Positions 29,723-39,769 of a stretch of DNA of 64,000 nt are shown one piece after another. Position numbers and translations under genes: made by a program. Position 1 is the first letter of the stretch. Each line of letters starts with the position of its first letter. Origin of the DNA: Waddliaceae bacterium (GTDB taxonomy: Bacteria; Chlamydiota; Chlamydiia; Chlamydiales; SLFE01); NCBI GenBank assembly GCA_963771045.1, contig CAVYRW010000004.1, positions 64,001 to 128,000 of the forward strand, given 5' to 3'. The notes beneath the pieces were generated by a model. That model searched no databases. It was not told where the DNA came from and saw only the letters and a list, made by a program, of their open reading frames with translations.

Positions 29723-30712
29723 ATGAGTGTCGATACAAAGGCGATTACCGAATCGGTATCTAAAGCCGTTCCTAAATTTCAGGAAGCTGTGAAGGAGGTC
29801 CACAAGGTCATTGTGGGCCAGTCCCATCTTGTCAGGAGCATGTTTATCAGTCTCCTTGCCGACGGACATTTACTTGTCGAGGGCGTTCCGGGCCTTGCGA
29901 AAACCATGGCAGTGAATACCCTCTCTAAAGTCGTCTCGTGCGATTTTAAACGGATTCAGTTCACCCCCGATCTGCTCCCCGCCGATCTGACGGGAACGAC
30001 GATCTTCAATCAGCCTGAAAATAAATTTACCGTTAAAAAAGGCCCCGTCTTCACTAACATTTTACTGGCTGATGAAATCAACCGCGCCCCGCCGAAAGTT
30101 CAGTCGGCCCTTCTCGAGGTGATGCAGGAGCGGCAAGTGACCATAGGGGGCAAAAGGTATGAGACGGGAAATCCTTTTTTGGTTATGGCCACGCAAAACC
30201 CCATCGAACAAGAAGGGACATATATTCTTCCCGAAGCCCAGACCGACCGGTTTATGCTCAAGGTGCTCATCGACTACCCCTCGAAGGAAGAAGAAAAAGA
30301 GATCATGGCCAGAATGGGCAAAATATCCGGCCTTCCTGCCGCCGAGCCAAGAATCAATGGCGACGATATTCTTGAAGCGAGAAAGCTGGTCGACAAAATT
30401 TATATCGACGACAAAGTTGTAAGCTATATCTTGGATGTGGTCTTTGCAACGCGGAACCCTGAAGAGTACGGGGTGGACATCGAAGGGCTTTTGCAATTCG
30501 GAGCATCTCCGAGGGCCAGCTTGTCTTTGCAAATCGCCGGCAAGGCCAGCGCCTTTTTGGAGGGGAGGGGCTACGTTACGCCTCAGGATATCAAAAATAT
30601 CGGACCTGATATTCTCCGCCACCGCCTCAGGCGCTCCTATGAGGCGGAAGCCGAAGGGATCACCCCGGAGGATATTTTGGAGAGAATTTTTTCCACACTG
30701 CAAGTTCCTTGA
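29723..30712 (+). CDS. MoxR family AAA ATPase
   Basis: EGVPGLAKT, RIQFTPDLLPAD, DEINRAP, ATQNPIEQEGTY. Confidence 0.95.
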   Translation: MSVDTKAITESVSKAVPKFQEAVKEVHKVIVGQSHLVRSMFISLLADGHLLVEGVPGLAKTMAVNTLSKVVSCDFKRIQFTPDLLPADLTGTTIFNQPENKFTVKKGPVFTNILLADEINRAPPKVQSALLEVMQERQVTIGGKRYETGNPFLVMATQNPIEQEGTYILPEAQTDRFMLKVLIDYPSKEEEKEIMARMGKISGLPAAEPRINGDDILEARKLVDKIYIDDKVVSYILDVVFATRNPEEYGVDIEGLLQFGASPRASLSLQIAGKASAFLEGRGYVTPQDIKNIGPDILRHRLRRSYEAEAEGITPEDILERIFSTLQVP

Positions 30713-30713
30713 G

Positions 30714-31601
30714 ATGGAAAGAGCAACAAAAGAAATCTTTGCCAGGATTGAGCAAATCGAAATTACCACAACGCGCCTTGTTGAAGAGCTTTTGGGCGGC
30801 GCCTATCGTTCCGCGTTCAAAGGCCGAGGCATTGAATTCGAGGAGGTGCGCGAGTATGTTTCCGGAGACGATATTCGAGCAATCGATTGGAATGTGACTG
30901 CCCGCATGAACCACCCTTATGTCAAAACCTTTCGGGAAGAGAGGGAGCTCACAGTCATGCTTCTTGTCGATATATCGGCTTCTTCGAGGTTCGGGTCAAA
31001 AGACCGCTTAAAGAGCGAGCTGATCGCAGAGATTTCTGCAACTCTTGCATTTTCCGCCATCAAAAATCAAGATAAGGTGGGCCTCATCCTGTTTTCGGAT
31101 GAAGTTGAACATTACCTCCCCCCGAGAAAAGGAAAAAGGCATGTTTTAAGGGTGATCCGAGATATTATGGTTTACGAGCCCAGGCATCGAAAAACCGATA
31201 TCGCCTCGGCCCTTCGTTTTCTTGGAAAAGTGCAAAAGCGGATGGCCGTTTGTTTCTTGGTTTCCGATTTTTTCTGCGAGTCTAATTACACTCAGGAATT
31301 GAAAGTGAACGCCAGGCATCACGATCTGATTTTGCTTGGCGTCAAAGATCCCTTGGAGAAGACCTTCCCTAAGCTTCCTCTTGTGACTTTGCGCGATTTG
31401 GAGACAGGGGAAGTTAGGGTACTAGACACCGGCGATGATGACGTGCAAAAGGGATTTAGAGAAGAAATTGAAAAAAAACAGGAGGCTCTCAAACAACAGG
31501 TCAATCGACTAGGTATTCAATTCGTCGAATTTGAGACTGGCAAGCCTTATGCGTCTGCCATCCGCCGCTTTTTCAAGAAAAGGGAGAGAATGAGGCGATG
31601 A
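30714..31601 (+). CDS. DUF58 family (vWA-like) protein
   Basis: FKGRGIEFEEVREY, DIRAIDWNVTAR; ATG at 30714. Confidence 0.92.
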   Translation: MERATKEIFARIEQIEITTTRLVEELLGGAYRSAFKGRGIEFEEVREYVSGDDIRAIDWNVTARMNHPYVKTFREERELTVMLLVDISASSRFGSKDRLKSELIAEISATLAFSAIKNQDKVGLILFSDEVEHYLPPRKGKRHVLRVIRDIMVYEPRHRKTDIASALRFLGKVQKRMAVCFLVSDFFCESNYTQELKVNARHHDLILLGVKDPLEKTFPKLPLVTLRDLETGEVRVLDTGDDDVQKGFREEIEKKQEALKQQVNRLGIQFVEFETGKPYASAIRRFFKKRERMRR

Positions 31602-32230
31602 GGCTTTTTTTACTACTGTTTTTTTTGCCCTTGTTTGTTTTTGGCGAGAATCTCGTCGACAGGACAGATCCCCCTTTAATGTTTTACAAAGAACCGGTTA
31701 TGAAGGTTGATCCGGAGATTCAAAGCCGCTGGATGGACGGCCTGCCGGCTCTTAAAAAAGAAATTATTCGAAACCGCCGCCTTCTTGACGAGCATCAGTT
31801 TCCCCTTATACAAGCCGTGTTGGTTTTTTTTGCAGGACTCGCTCTTGTTCTCATTTTTGTTTTTCAAAAATCCCTTTTAAATCTGTTAAAAGGGCTGTTT
31901 TCCAAATCTCGGAAACCAGAAGAAATATCGAAGCAGGAGCTGGGCCGACTGGAGGGAATGGAAAGCTGGAGCGACCGTTACATCCACCTGGGCCATGTTG
32001 TGCGGGAGTATATGCAAAACAAATATCAGATCCCTGCGGTTTATCAGACAAAAGAGGAGTTGTTATTTAAGCTTTCCGAGCTTAAAACTGTGAATCGGGA
32101 GAGGCACGAGAATTTGCGGCATCTCTTCGATGAAATCGAGCGGGTTGTTTATGCGGGAGGTCCTCCAGACGAAGAAGAATACCAAAAATCGCAGAAGATT
32201 GTAGAAGATGTTATCAATTCCAAATTATGA
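31598..32230 (+). CDS. Membrane-anchored hypothetical protein of the MoxR/DUF58 operon
   Basis: ATGA overlap with the DUF58 stop; signal peptide plus one TM segment. Confidence 0.7.
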   Translation: MRLFLLLFFLPLFVFGENLVDRTDPPLMFYKEPVMKVDPEIQSRWMDGLPALKKEIIRNRRLLDEHQFPLIQAVLVFFAGLALVLIFVFQKSLLNLLKGLFSKSRKPEEISKQELGRLEGMESWSDRYIHLGHVVREYMQNKYQIPAVYQTKEELLFKLSELKTVNRERHENLRHLFDEIERVVYAGGPPDEEEYQKSQKIVEDVINSKL

Positions 32231-32903
32231 ATATTATGTTCCCATATTTAAGGAAACGATTAAAAATAAGCTTGAAGAGCTTAGCAAACAAAGTTTTTTG
32301 CAAAAAATTACCCGCATTGTTCAGCGGGTATTCAAGTACATTGCCGATTGTTGTCTTTTATCAGGAGGCATGTTCATTTGTTTTGGTTTTTTAAACGTCT
32401 CTGTTGTCTTGCTGGGAGGGGCGGCGTTTCTTATTAGAGCTATTTGTGCCAATGCTCAAACTCGGGCTATGAAACTGGAAAAAGCCGTAAGCTATTTAAC
32501 TAAGGCATCATCTTTTGCCGATGGGGGAGAATATTACAAAGCAGTCGACGAGATCGAAAACGCGCAAAATATCTTGCCCAAAAGCGACATTTCCAATACT
32601 CAGATTTACCTCAATCAGTGTCTCAAACATCTTCGTCTTCGAGAAAAATGGAAAGCAATATCTGCGGCGAATCAGTTGATTCAACTGACACAGGAAGAAA
32701 TTGATTATTTTTCCCGCCAAAGAAATATTTGGCCCAAGCTTATCGAGTATTTGCAAAGGCAAGTTCGATTCGGAAAAGCTGTCAGAGACCGACACGACAT
32801 GGTTTCCCAATCATTGAATACACTTCTTATTTTTGAAAAAAGGGAGTTTCGATGTCTTTATCAAGAGCTTGAGGAGAAAGGGATTTTCCAGGATTTGACA
32901 TGA
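32208..32903 (+). CDS. Hypothetical protein with a long hydrophobic hairpin (Inc-like)
   Basis: About 37-aa bilobed hydrophobic stretch followed by a helical region. Confidence 0.55.
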   Translation: MLSIPNYEYYVPIFKETIKNKLEELSKQSFLQKITRIVQRVFKYIADCCLLSGGMFICFGFLNVSVVLLGGAAFLIRAICANAQTRAMKLEKAVSYLTKASSFADGGEYYKAVDEIENAQNILPKSDISNTQIYLNQCLKHLRLREKWKAISAANQLIQLTQEEIDYFSRQRNIWPKLIEYLQRQVRFGKAVRDRHDMVSQSLNTLLIFEKREFRCLYQELEEKGIFQDLT

Positions 32904-33289
32904 ATCGGGAATTTTCTTTAGAGGCGCTATTATTTTTCCGGTTTTGTAATTTCACTTATTGACAGTAAATTGATTACTCTCTACATATTTCGAAAACCTT
33001 TGAAAAAGTAGGGATTATGATTCATGATGCGAGTGATATTTACGCAGATGTTTATGCAAAAAAGCAAGGCTGCAAGGGAGACTTGGACGGAAAGAGATAG
33101 GGGCAACCTATCCTTATCCGGGAAGTTTTGTATCCCTTGCCAATGAATCCGTCACGACATTAAATGTTAAGGCTATTTATCGGAAAATGTTTGAGGAACT
33201 CAAGCTTTTCATTGACAATGCTCTAAATTAAAAGTTCAAAATATATATACCGAATTTTGACTTTTCTTATTATTCATAACGATGGACTT

Positions 33290-34069
33290 TTACTCTTCTC
33301 CGGAGGCTCTCTCGTAGGCGGCAAGAATTGTGTTGATGATGCCGGCGCGGACGGAAGAGTCTTCCATTTCGCGGATGCCTGCGATGGTGGTGCCTCCGGG
33401 AGAGGTAACCTGCCACTTGAGATCGCTTGGACTTTTTCCCGATTCCTTCATGAGTGTCAGGGCCCCTTCCCACATTTCCAGGGCAAGCTGCCGGGAAAGG
33501 CCTGAGGAAAGTCCCATCGCGATACCGGCGTCGATCATCGACTCGATAATCGCAAAGGCAAACGCGGGGCCGCACCCGGCAAGGGCTGTGAGGCCGGAGA
33601 TCTGGTCTTCGTCAATCCAGTGGATGAACCCGAGAGGCGAGAGGGATTTTTGAACCTTATCCCGGATTGCGTCCGTGAGGGTTTCGGTTTTTACGAGCCC
33701 GATAACTCCCTTTCCGAAGGCGCAGGCTATATTGGGCATGGCTCTGACAGTAAGAACCTGTCCAAAGAGCCTCTCAAGCTGAGCGAGCGGGACGCTGCCG
33801 ACAACGCTGATGACAATTTGATCTTGCGTCAGGTGGTCGCTCATTTGACTTGCGGCTTTTTCAATGTCTTTGGGCTTTACAGAAACAATGACAAACTCGC
33901 AGCCGGAAATGGCTTGCTGCAGATTTTTAAATCCTTCGGCTTTGATCTCGTCGGCAAGTTTTTCCACCTTTTCAGCGTCGCGATCGAAGAGATTTACCTG
34001 ATGATGCTGAGCTAGTTTTTTGGCCATGCTGCCACCCATGGCGCCGCATCCGATAACGCAAAATTTCAT
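33290..34069 (-). CDS. proC: Pyrroline-5-carboxylate reductase
   Basis: IGCGAMG, RAMPN, GCGPAF, VTSPGGTT. Confidence 0.95.
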   Translation of the reverse strand: MKFCVIGCGAMGGSMAKKLAQHHQVNLFDRDAEKVEKLADEIKAEGFKNLQQAISGCEFVIVSVKPKDIEKAASQMSDHLTQDQIVISVVGSVPLAQLERLFGQVLTVRAMPNIACAFGKGVIGLVKTETLTDAIRDKVQKSLSPLGFIHWIDEDQISGLTALAGCGPAFAFAIIESMIDAGIAMGLSSGLSRQLALEMWEGALTLMKESGKSPSDLKWQVTSPGGTTIAGIREMEDSSVRAGIINTILAAYERASGEE

Positions 34070-34071
34070 AT

Positions 34072-35358
34072 TTATTTCCTCACGTGATAGTTGCCTTCAA
34101 CCACCCATTTATAACTTGTCAGCTCTTTTAATCCCATAGGTCCGCGTGCATGCAGTTTTTGCGTGCTGATTGCAACTTCCGCCCCCATGCCGAACTGGCT
34201 GCCATCGGTAAACCTTGTCGATGCGTTGACATAAACGGCCGCCGAGTCGACTTCATGCACAAAATGCTTGGCCCTTTCCTTATTTTGAGTCAATATCCCA
34301 TCGCTGTGGCCGGTGCTGAAAGCGGTAATGTGGTCGATGGCAGCGCCAGCGCTTTCGACAACCTTGATTCCTAAGATAAGATCGAGCCATTCCGTACTCC
34401 AATCCTGCTTTTTGGCCTTTTGTCCCCATGATCTTTGCTTCTCATCGATGAGATCCCATGAAGCCTCATCGAACCGGAAGGAGACATTGCCTTCTTTCAA
34501 CCGTTCCAAAGCCATCGGAACAAATGCCAAAGCGATTTCTTTGTGCACAAGCAGGGTATCTAAAGAGTTGCATACGGTGGGGCGTTGAGTTTTGGCGTTG
34601 TAAATGACTTCAAGAGATCGCTTAAGATCGGCCGACTGGTCGATATAGAGGTGGCAGATGCCGATGCCGCCTGTAATGACGGGAATCCGGCTGTTTTCCC
34701 TGCAAAATTGATGGAGCTTGGCTCCGCCGCGCGGAATGATCATGTCGACAAATTCATGCAGGTGTAAAAGCTCTTTAACCAGGGATCTATCGGGACTGGC
34801 TATAAATTGAATCGCTTCGGGAGGCAGGCCCGCTTCCTTCAAGGCTTTTTGGACGACGCTAACCAAAGCCTTATTTGTCCTGATGGTTTCCGAGCCGCCG
34901 CGTAAAATAGCTGAGTTGCCTGTCTTAATGGCGAGCGAGGAGACGTCGATTGTCACATTGGGGCGCGACTCATAAATGATTCCAAGAGTGCCGATGGAAA
35001 CTCTTTGTTTGGCAATAACGAGGCCGTTTTCTAGTGTTTGCCGGTCGAAGCGTTCTCCGATCGGATCGCCAAGCGATGCGACTCGCTCGACATCGCTGCA
35101 AATTCCCGAGAGCCTCCCCTGAAGAGAGAGTCTGTCGATCATCGCAGCATTCAAACCGTTTTTTTTTCCTTCGTCGATATCTTTTTGATTTTCGGATAAA
35201 ATCAGACCTTCTTCGGCATCGATATATGAGCTCAAAGCGATAAGTGCCTCATTCTTTTGAGAAGTTGAGGCCCTCGATAGGATTTTGGAGGCTTTTTTTG
35301 CCCTCTGTCCGATTTCTTTCATAAACCACTTAAATTCAGGTTCTCTATAAAGTGGCAT
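34072..35358 (-). CDS. proA: Gamma-glutamyl phosphate reductase
   Basis: IYESRPNVT, CNSLDTLL, VNASTRFTDG, STQKLHARGPMGL. Confidence 0.96.
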   Translation of the reverse strand: MPLYREPEFKWFMKEIGQRAKKASKILSRASTSQKNEALIALSSYIDAEEGLILSENQKDIDEGKKNGLNAAMIDRLSLQGRLSGICSDVERVASLGDPIGERFDRQTLENGLVIAKQRVSIGTLGIIYESRPNVTIDVSSLAIKTGNSAILRGGSETIRTNKALVSVVQKALKEAGLPPEAIQFIASPDRSLVKELLHLHEFVDMIIPRGGAKLHQFCRENSRIPVITGGIGICHLYIDQSADLKRSLEVIYNAKTQRPTVCNSLDTLLVHKEIALAFVPMALERLKEGNVSFRFDEASWDLIDEKQRSWGQKAKKQDWSTEWLDLILGIKVVESAGAAIDHITAFSTGHSDGILTQNKERAKHFVHEVDSAAVYVNASTRFTDGSQFGMGAEVAISTQKLHARGPMGLKELTSYKWVVEGNYHVRK

Positions 35359-35376
35359 CCTTATTGCTTACTAATA

Positions 35377-35661
35377 GTCAACTGCACCTTCCTAAAGGAA
35401 GGAGCTTGTAACTTTCGGTCGAAACCGACGCTACCACCTCAGTGTTGACATACCCGTATTAGCGACAGCAGACGCTAATAGCTGCAAGCTTCCGCAATTG
35501 TAAGGCTTTACCTTTCGCCATGGTTTAGTGCCTGAGACCGAAGCCGTTGCAAACCGATGCTTTAAAGCAAAAAAAAATTGTAACATGTTTAATATTTAAC
35601 AACAAGAGGAGCGAGGTTTCCTCCCAGACTTGAAGGGCTGGGTTTCCATCTCGTCAGTTGG
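35377..35661 (-). mobile_element. Non-autonomous IS200/IS605-family mini-element with a putative omegaRNA
   Basis: Minus-strand left end GAAACCCCAGCCCTTCAAGTCTGGGAGGAAAC; right end CAAGCTCCTTCCTTTAGGAAGGTGCAGTTGAC; no transposase or nuclease ORF. Confidence 0.7.
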
Positions 35662-35784
35662 ATGAATAAACCGGGGAAAGGTAACTACAGGCAGCAAATT
35701 TTCTTTTTTTCAAGGCCGACTAATTATAGAAGGACACTTTGCGATACGTATGATTGGAGTAACATTCGCCGCACAACGCCTTGA

Positions 35785-37140
35785 TTAACAGAGAAGCTTC
35801 CGCCATGCCCTTAGTTGATCGGGGGTTACTCCCAATCCCGCCAGCCGGCTCTCGTCAATGTGCTCCAAATCCTCGAGGACGTCCTCTGCAAAACCATCAC
35901 GCACCGCCTCTGGCACGCGCTTGTTGGCTTCCTCTCCCACAAACCTTCTCATATTCTCACCCACGAGCCCTTGCAGGATGACCTCTCTAACCACTTCTCT
36001 TCGCTCTTGTCGATACCGTACTCGGACTTCGTCAAAACCCATTGCTTTAATGGTGGAGTCATAAGCCGCGCATGTGCGTAGGTAGGAATAAACATACAAG
36101 TCTACCAGTGGTCGCACATCCTGCATTTCATAGATGGCGATCATCGCCGACATGTAGTCTTCGACACAAACATCACTGAATGCGAGCGGCACGAGGTTAC
36201 CTCGGATAAGAGATATATTTGCAGCCAGACGAGCGGTTCGTTTGTTGACATCGGCAAAGGCCTGCAAGTAACTGATATGAACCAGCAGAAAGATACTCTG
36301 CTCATAGGGATCCTGAATATCCGCTGCCTTTGCGGCAATCTTCTCCAATTGCTGCTCGAGTCTTTTCGGGTCTTCAAAGGGAATGTAGGTTGACCCGCCG
36401 ATACGCACACCATGTTTCCGAACCTTGCCTGCCTCCGCTGGCTCAAGAAGGCCATCGGAAAGGAGATAGTGCAGCGTGCATATCACGTTGCGGCTGACTT
36501 CTAGTTTCGGCGCGTTGTCGACAAGATAACGAATGGCCTCTTTGTGATTCAGAATCATCGCCTTCTCCTCATCAAGCTTTCCCTCAGCGGTATCACCGTG
36601 AAGAAGTAAACGTTCTGTATCAAGAAGCGAGTAAGTGTTGCCCTCAAGACGTGAGGAGTTATAGGACAGGTCAATGATAAGCCTGTTGAAGATCTGATGT
36701 GCGTAGGTCCCCGCAGGATCCTGTCCATTGGCACGCTCACCCGATGCCAGCAGCTGCTGTCGCAAAGCTTCGGGTAAATAGTAGCTAGAGTTAGGCTGAT
36801 AACAGTTGAACCAGCCGTCTGCATATGCGACCGGCTGCCGCTCGAATAAGGGCTTCTTAAGCTCCTGAATAGCTTTCAAGCTGCCGGAACTAAAACAACT
36901 ACTCACCTTATCGGCGACTTCTTCCGATCGACCAGCCGCAAGGTACTTGGTCCCTCGCTTCTGGCCGATTTTTTTTACTGCCCCCTCCTTGATTAAGAGA
37001 CCTAACCATCTCCTGACCGAGCGTTCCTTAAATCCCTTGCCCAGTCGAAGCATAAGCTTAGGCAAACTGATGGGTTCAGATTCCAACCCTAGCTGCCTCA
37101 ATACGGCCATTTTATTGTCACGCAAGCTCATTACGGCCAC
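35785..37140 (-). CDS. Fic family protein with N-terminal HTH
   Basis: SSRLEGN inhibitory-type motif; variant Fic motif YLQAFADVNKRTAR. Confidence 0.9.
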   Translation of the reverse strand: MAVMSLRDNKMAVLRQLGLESEPISLPKLMLRLGKGFKERSVRRWLGLLIKEGAVKKIGQKRGTKYLAAGRSEEVADKVSSCFSSGSLKAIQELKKPLFERQPVAYADGWFNCYQPNSSYYLPEALRQQLLASGERANGQDPAGTYAHQIFNRLIIDLSYNSSRLEGNTYSLLDTERLLLHGDTAEGKLDEEKAMILNHKEAIRYLVDNAPKLEVSRNVICTLHYLLSDGLLEPAEAGKVRKHGVRIGGSTYIPFEDPKRLEQQLEKIAAKAADIQDPYEQSIFLLVHISYLQAFADVNKRTARLAANISLIRGNLVPLAFSDVCVEDYMSAMIAIYEMQDVRPLVDLYVYSYLRTCAAYDSTIKAMGFDEVRVRYRQERREVVREVILQGLVGENMRRFVGEEANKRVPEAVRDGFAEDVLEDLEHIDESRLAGLGVTPDQLRAWRKLLC

Positions 37141-37224
37141 CTCAATCCTCTAATACGGCCATTTTAGCAAAGATACGGCCACTCTTCAAGTATTTTTGGC
37201 CGTATTAACCTCAAAATGGCCGTA
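37102..37224. repeat. Six copies of TACGGCCA around the fic start
   Basis: Forward at 37102, 37132, 37154, 37174; inverted at 37197, 37217. Confidence 0.8.
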
Positions 37225-37239
37225 TCTTGATGAATAAAG

Positions 37240-37365
37240 ATCGGGTAAGAGAACCACGTTGCCGTGGCTCTCTCCCCTAAGAACCGTATGTGAAAGTTTC
37301 CCTTCATACGGCTCAAGCATTTGTAAGGCTCTGTTTTAGAACCCGTACCCTATATTTTCTTTGTG
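37240..37365 (-). ncRNA. Group II intron 3' remnant (domains V and VI)
   Basis: Minus strand GAGCCGTATGAAGG-GAAA-CTTTCACATACGGTTC (DV, 37314-37281), then DVI hairpin ending ACCCGAT. Confidence 0.88.
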
Positions 37366-38148
37366 ACATTCACTGTGCGGATTCGCCGCCAATGATCCTT
37401 TGGGAAGTTGAAAAATGTCAAACCTTCCCGAATATTTTTCGACTATCTTCTTCAATCGCTGCTCTGCCTCCGAGAGATCCTCTGCTTGGTATATTTTTTT
37501 TCACTGCATCACAAAGCTCCTTTTTCAAAGCTTTTGTCGGAGAATGAAATGCCGCATTTTGCGCTAGATGAAATATGCAGCGCTGCCATGGAACAGAAGG
37601 CATTACACTCCTAAGAGCTGCTCGAAGGCCAGCATGATCGTCGCTGGTAATAAGCTTCACGCCCGTCAAACCTCTTGCGCATAAATCCTCAAGCATCTTC
37701 CTCCAGTGCACTTCTGCTTCTGATAGACTGCAAGTAATACCCAGAACTTCCCGATAACCTTTCTTGTTCACCCCAACCGCTTTGAGGATTGCCAGCGAAC
37801 GGACGCTTCCTTCATATCTAACCTTTTCATACTGGGCATCCAAGTAAAGGTATTCGATTTGTCCAAGGAAACGAGTTTTAAACTTTTCAATTTCCTCATC
37901 CAAAATTTTCGAGCAGCGAGATACCTGCGTTGCTGAAATTTCTTTCCCGTAGAGCTCCTCAGCCATTTTCTTCATTTTCCGGGTCCCAACTCCTTGAATG
38001 TAGGCCTCTGCAAATACAAGCTTGAGGGCTTGTTCTGTGCGCTCTCCTTTCTCTAAACAGCTTGGATAAAACGGCTCGTCTCGAACCTGTGGCACCCGCA
38101 AATGCAACTCGCCATTTCTCGTGAGGAGCTTCTTATCCTTAAAGCCGT
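37366..38148 (-). mobile_element. IS256 family transposase fragment, truncated at both ends
   Basis: YLDAQYEKVR, SDDHAGL, WQRCIFH, FPKDHWRRIRTVN; 5' end cut by IS66. Confidence 0.88.
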
Positions 38149-39769
38149 GTATCCGTTCACGGGGTAACTCTAGGAACGGCTACCGCCTCGCGCGCTACCC
38201 CACAAAAATAATAAAAATTTTATACGGCATAAAATAAGATTTTTATTATTATTCTGGTTGTTCAAAACCACTTTATAACATGAAGCCAACCTACGAAGAA
38301 CTCTTTGAAAAGCTGAATAAAGCCTTGGAGGAAATTGAAATCCTCAAAAAGGAAAACCAGGCACTCAAGGCAAAAGTTAAGGAGCTCGAAGATAAACTCA
38401 ACACCAACTCTTCGAATAGCTCTAAGCCCCCCTCGCAAGATCCCTTCAGAGCTCAAAGAAAGAAGGAACCTACGGGGCGTAAACAGGGAGCACAAAAAGG
38501 TCATAAGGGCCACCCCCGTCAACTAGTTCCAATTAATCAGGTGCAGTCGCTGCATAACATAAAGCCGGACACTTGTCCGAACTGCCACTCCCACTCGTTT
38601 AATTCGGAGGTGGTCAGAACGGATGTACGACAAGTAGTGGAATTACCGGACGCTCCTCCGGAAGTTACTCAATACAACATTCACACCTGTCAGTGTAGCG
38701 GATGTGGTAAGCATGTAAAGGCTGATATTCCCGAAGAAGCGCGATTTGGTTTTGGTCCCCGATTAATGGGTTTCGTCACTTCTCTTTCAGGAGAGTTTAG
38801 ATTATCCAAACGTCAAGTCTGTGCTCTAATGGGCAGACTCAATATTCGGATATGTTCCGGCAGCGTGTGTAAAATCCATGTCCGAGCTAGTCAGATTTTA
38901 AAAGCACCATACGAAGAAATTAGGACACACACTCTAAATGAAGAACATATTTATGCCGATGAAACGAGTTGGAAAACGATGTCGGAAAAGAGATGGATTT
39001 GGGTCGGAAGCGGCAAGGAAACTGTGTTTTTCGCAATCAAGGCTTCACGCAGCAACAAGGCATTCCGCGAGATCTTTGGTTCTTTCAAAGGGGGTTTAAC
39101 AACCGATCGCTATAATGCCTATAATTCGCATGAAGGTCTGCGACAACTTTGCTGGTCGCATGCAGATAGAGATTTTGAAAAGATTGCAGGCAGGGATGGA
39201 TTTGATAAATGGATCGGGGAACGGTTGTTAGAGTGTAAAAAGTCGATATTCAATCTTTGGCATAGCTACAAAAACGGTGAGATTGCAAGGGACGAACTGA
39301 TCGAGAAGATCGAAATAGGCCCAAAAGAAGATTTGAAAGTCCTCCTCAAAGCTGGTGCAATTCACAAAGAATGTTGCAATAAAACGAGGTCGACTTGCGC
39401 TGATTTTTTTGGACGGTTCGAGATGTTATGGGTATTTGCCTATCATGAGAATATCGAACCGACTAACAATACAGCCGAGCAACGTCTTAGAGGCGGAGTC
39501 ATTTGGAGGAAGCTATGCTTTGGCTCACAATCAGAAGAAGGTGAGCGATTTGTCGAACGGGTGTTAACAGTTGGTATGACATTGAAGTTACGTGCTCAAA
39601 ATTCGTTCGATTATTTTACCGAATGTTTTAAAGCATACATTCATGGCGGACAAGCGCCGCCGATATTTTCAAAATAGAAAACGGTTTCCTACGACACAAA
39701 TTCACGAGGTAGTTCTCGGTTAACAAAACGTGTTAGAAGTTTACGATTCCCCCTGGGGGGGGGGTACCC
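38149..39769 (+). mobile_element. IS66 family element, second copy (transposase 38280-39677); right tip replaced by ISAs1
   Basis: Starts GTATCCGTTCAC; same 465-aa protein as the copy at 12109-13506; terminal GTGAACAGATAC is missing. Confidence 0.93.

Noticed and set aside
30435..30713. N-terminal extension of the DUF58 ORF
   Set aside because: Overlaps moxR in another frame; the ATG at 30714 follows the moxR stop
12006..39769. Inversion or composite transposon between the two inverted IS66 copies
   Set aside because: The first copy retains its own matching 8-bp TSD, so it inserted independently and has not recombined with the second
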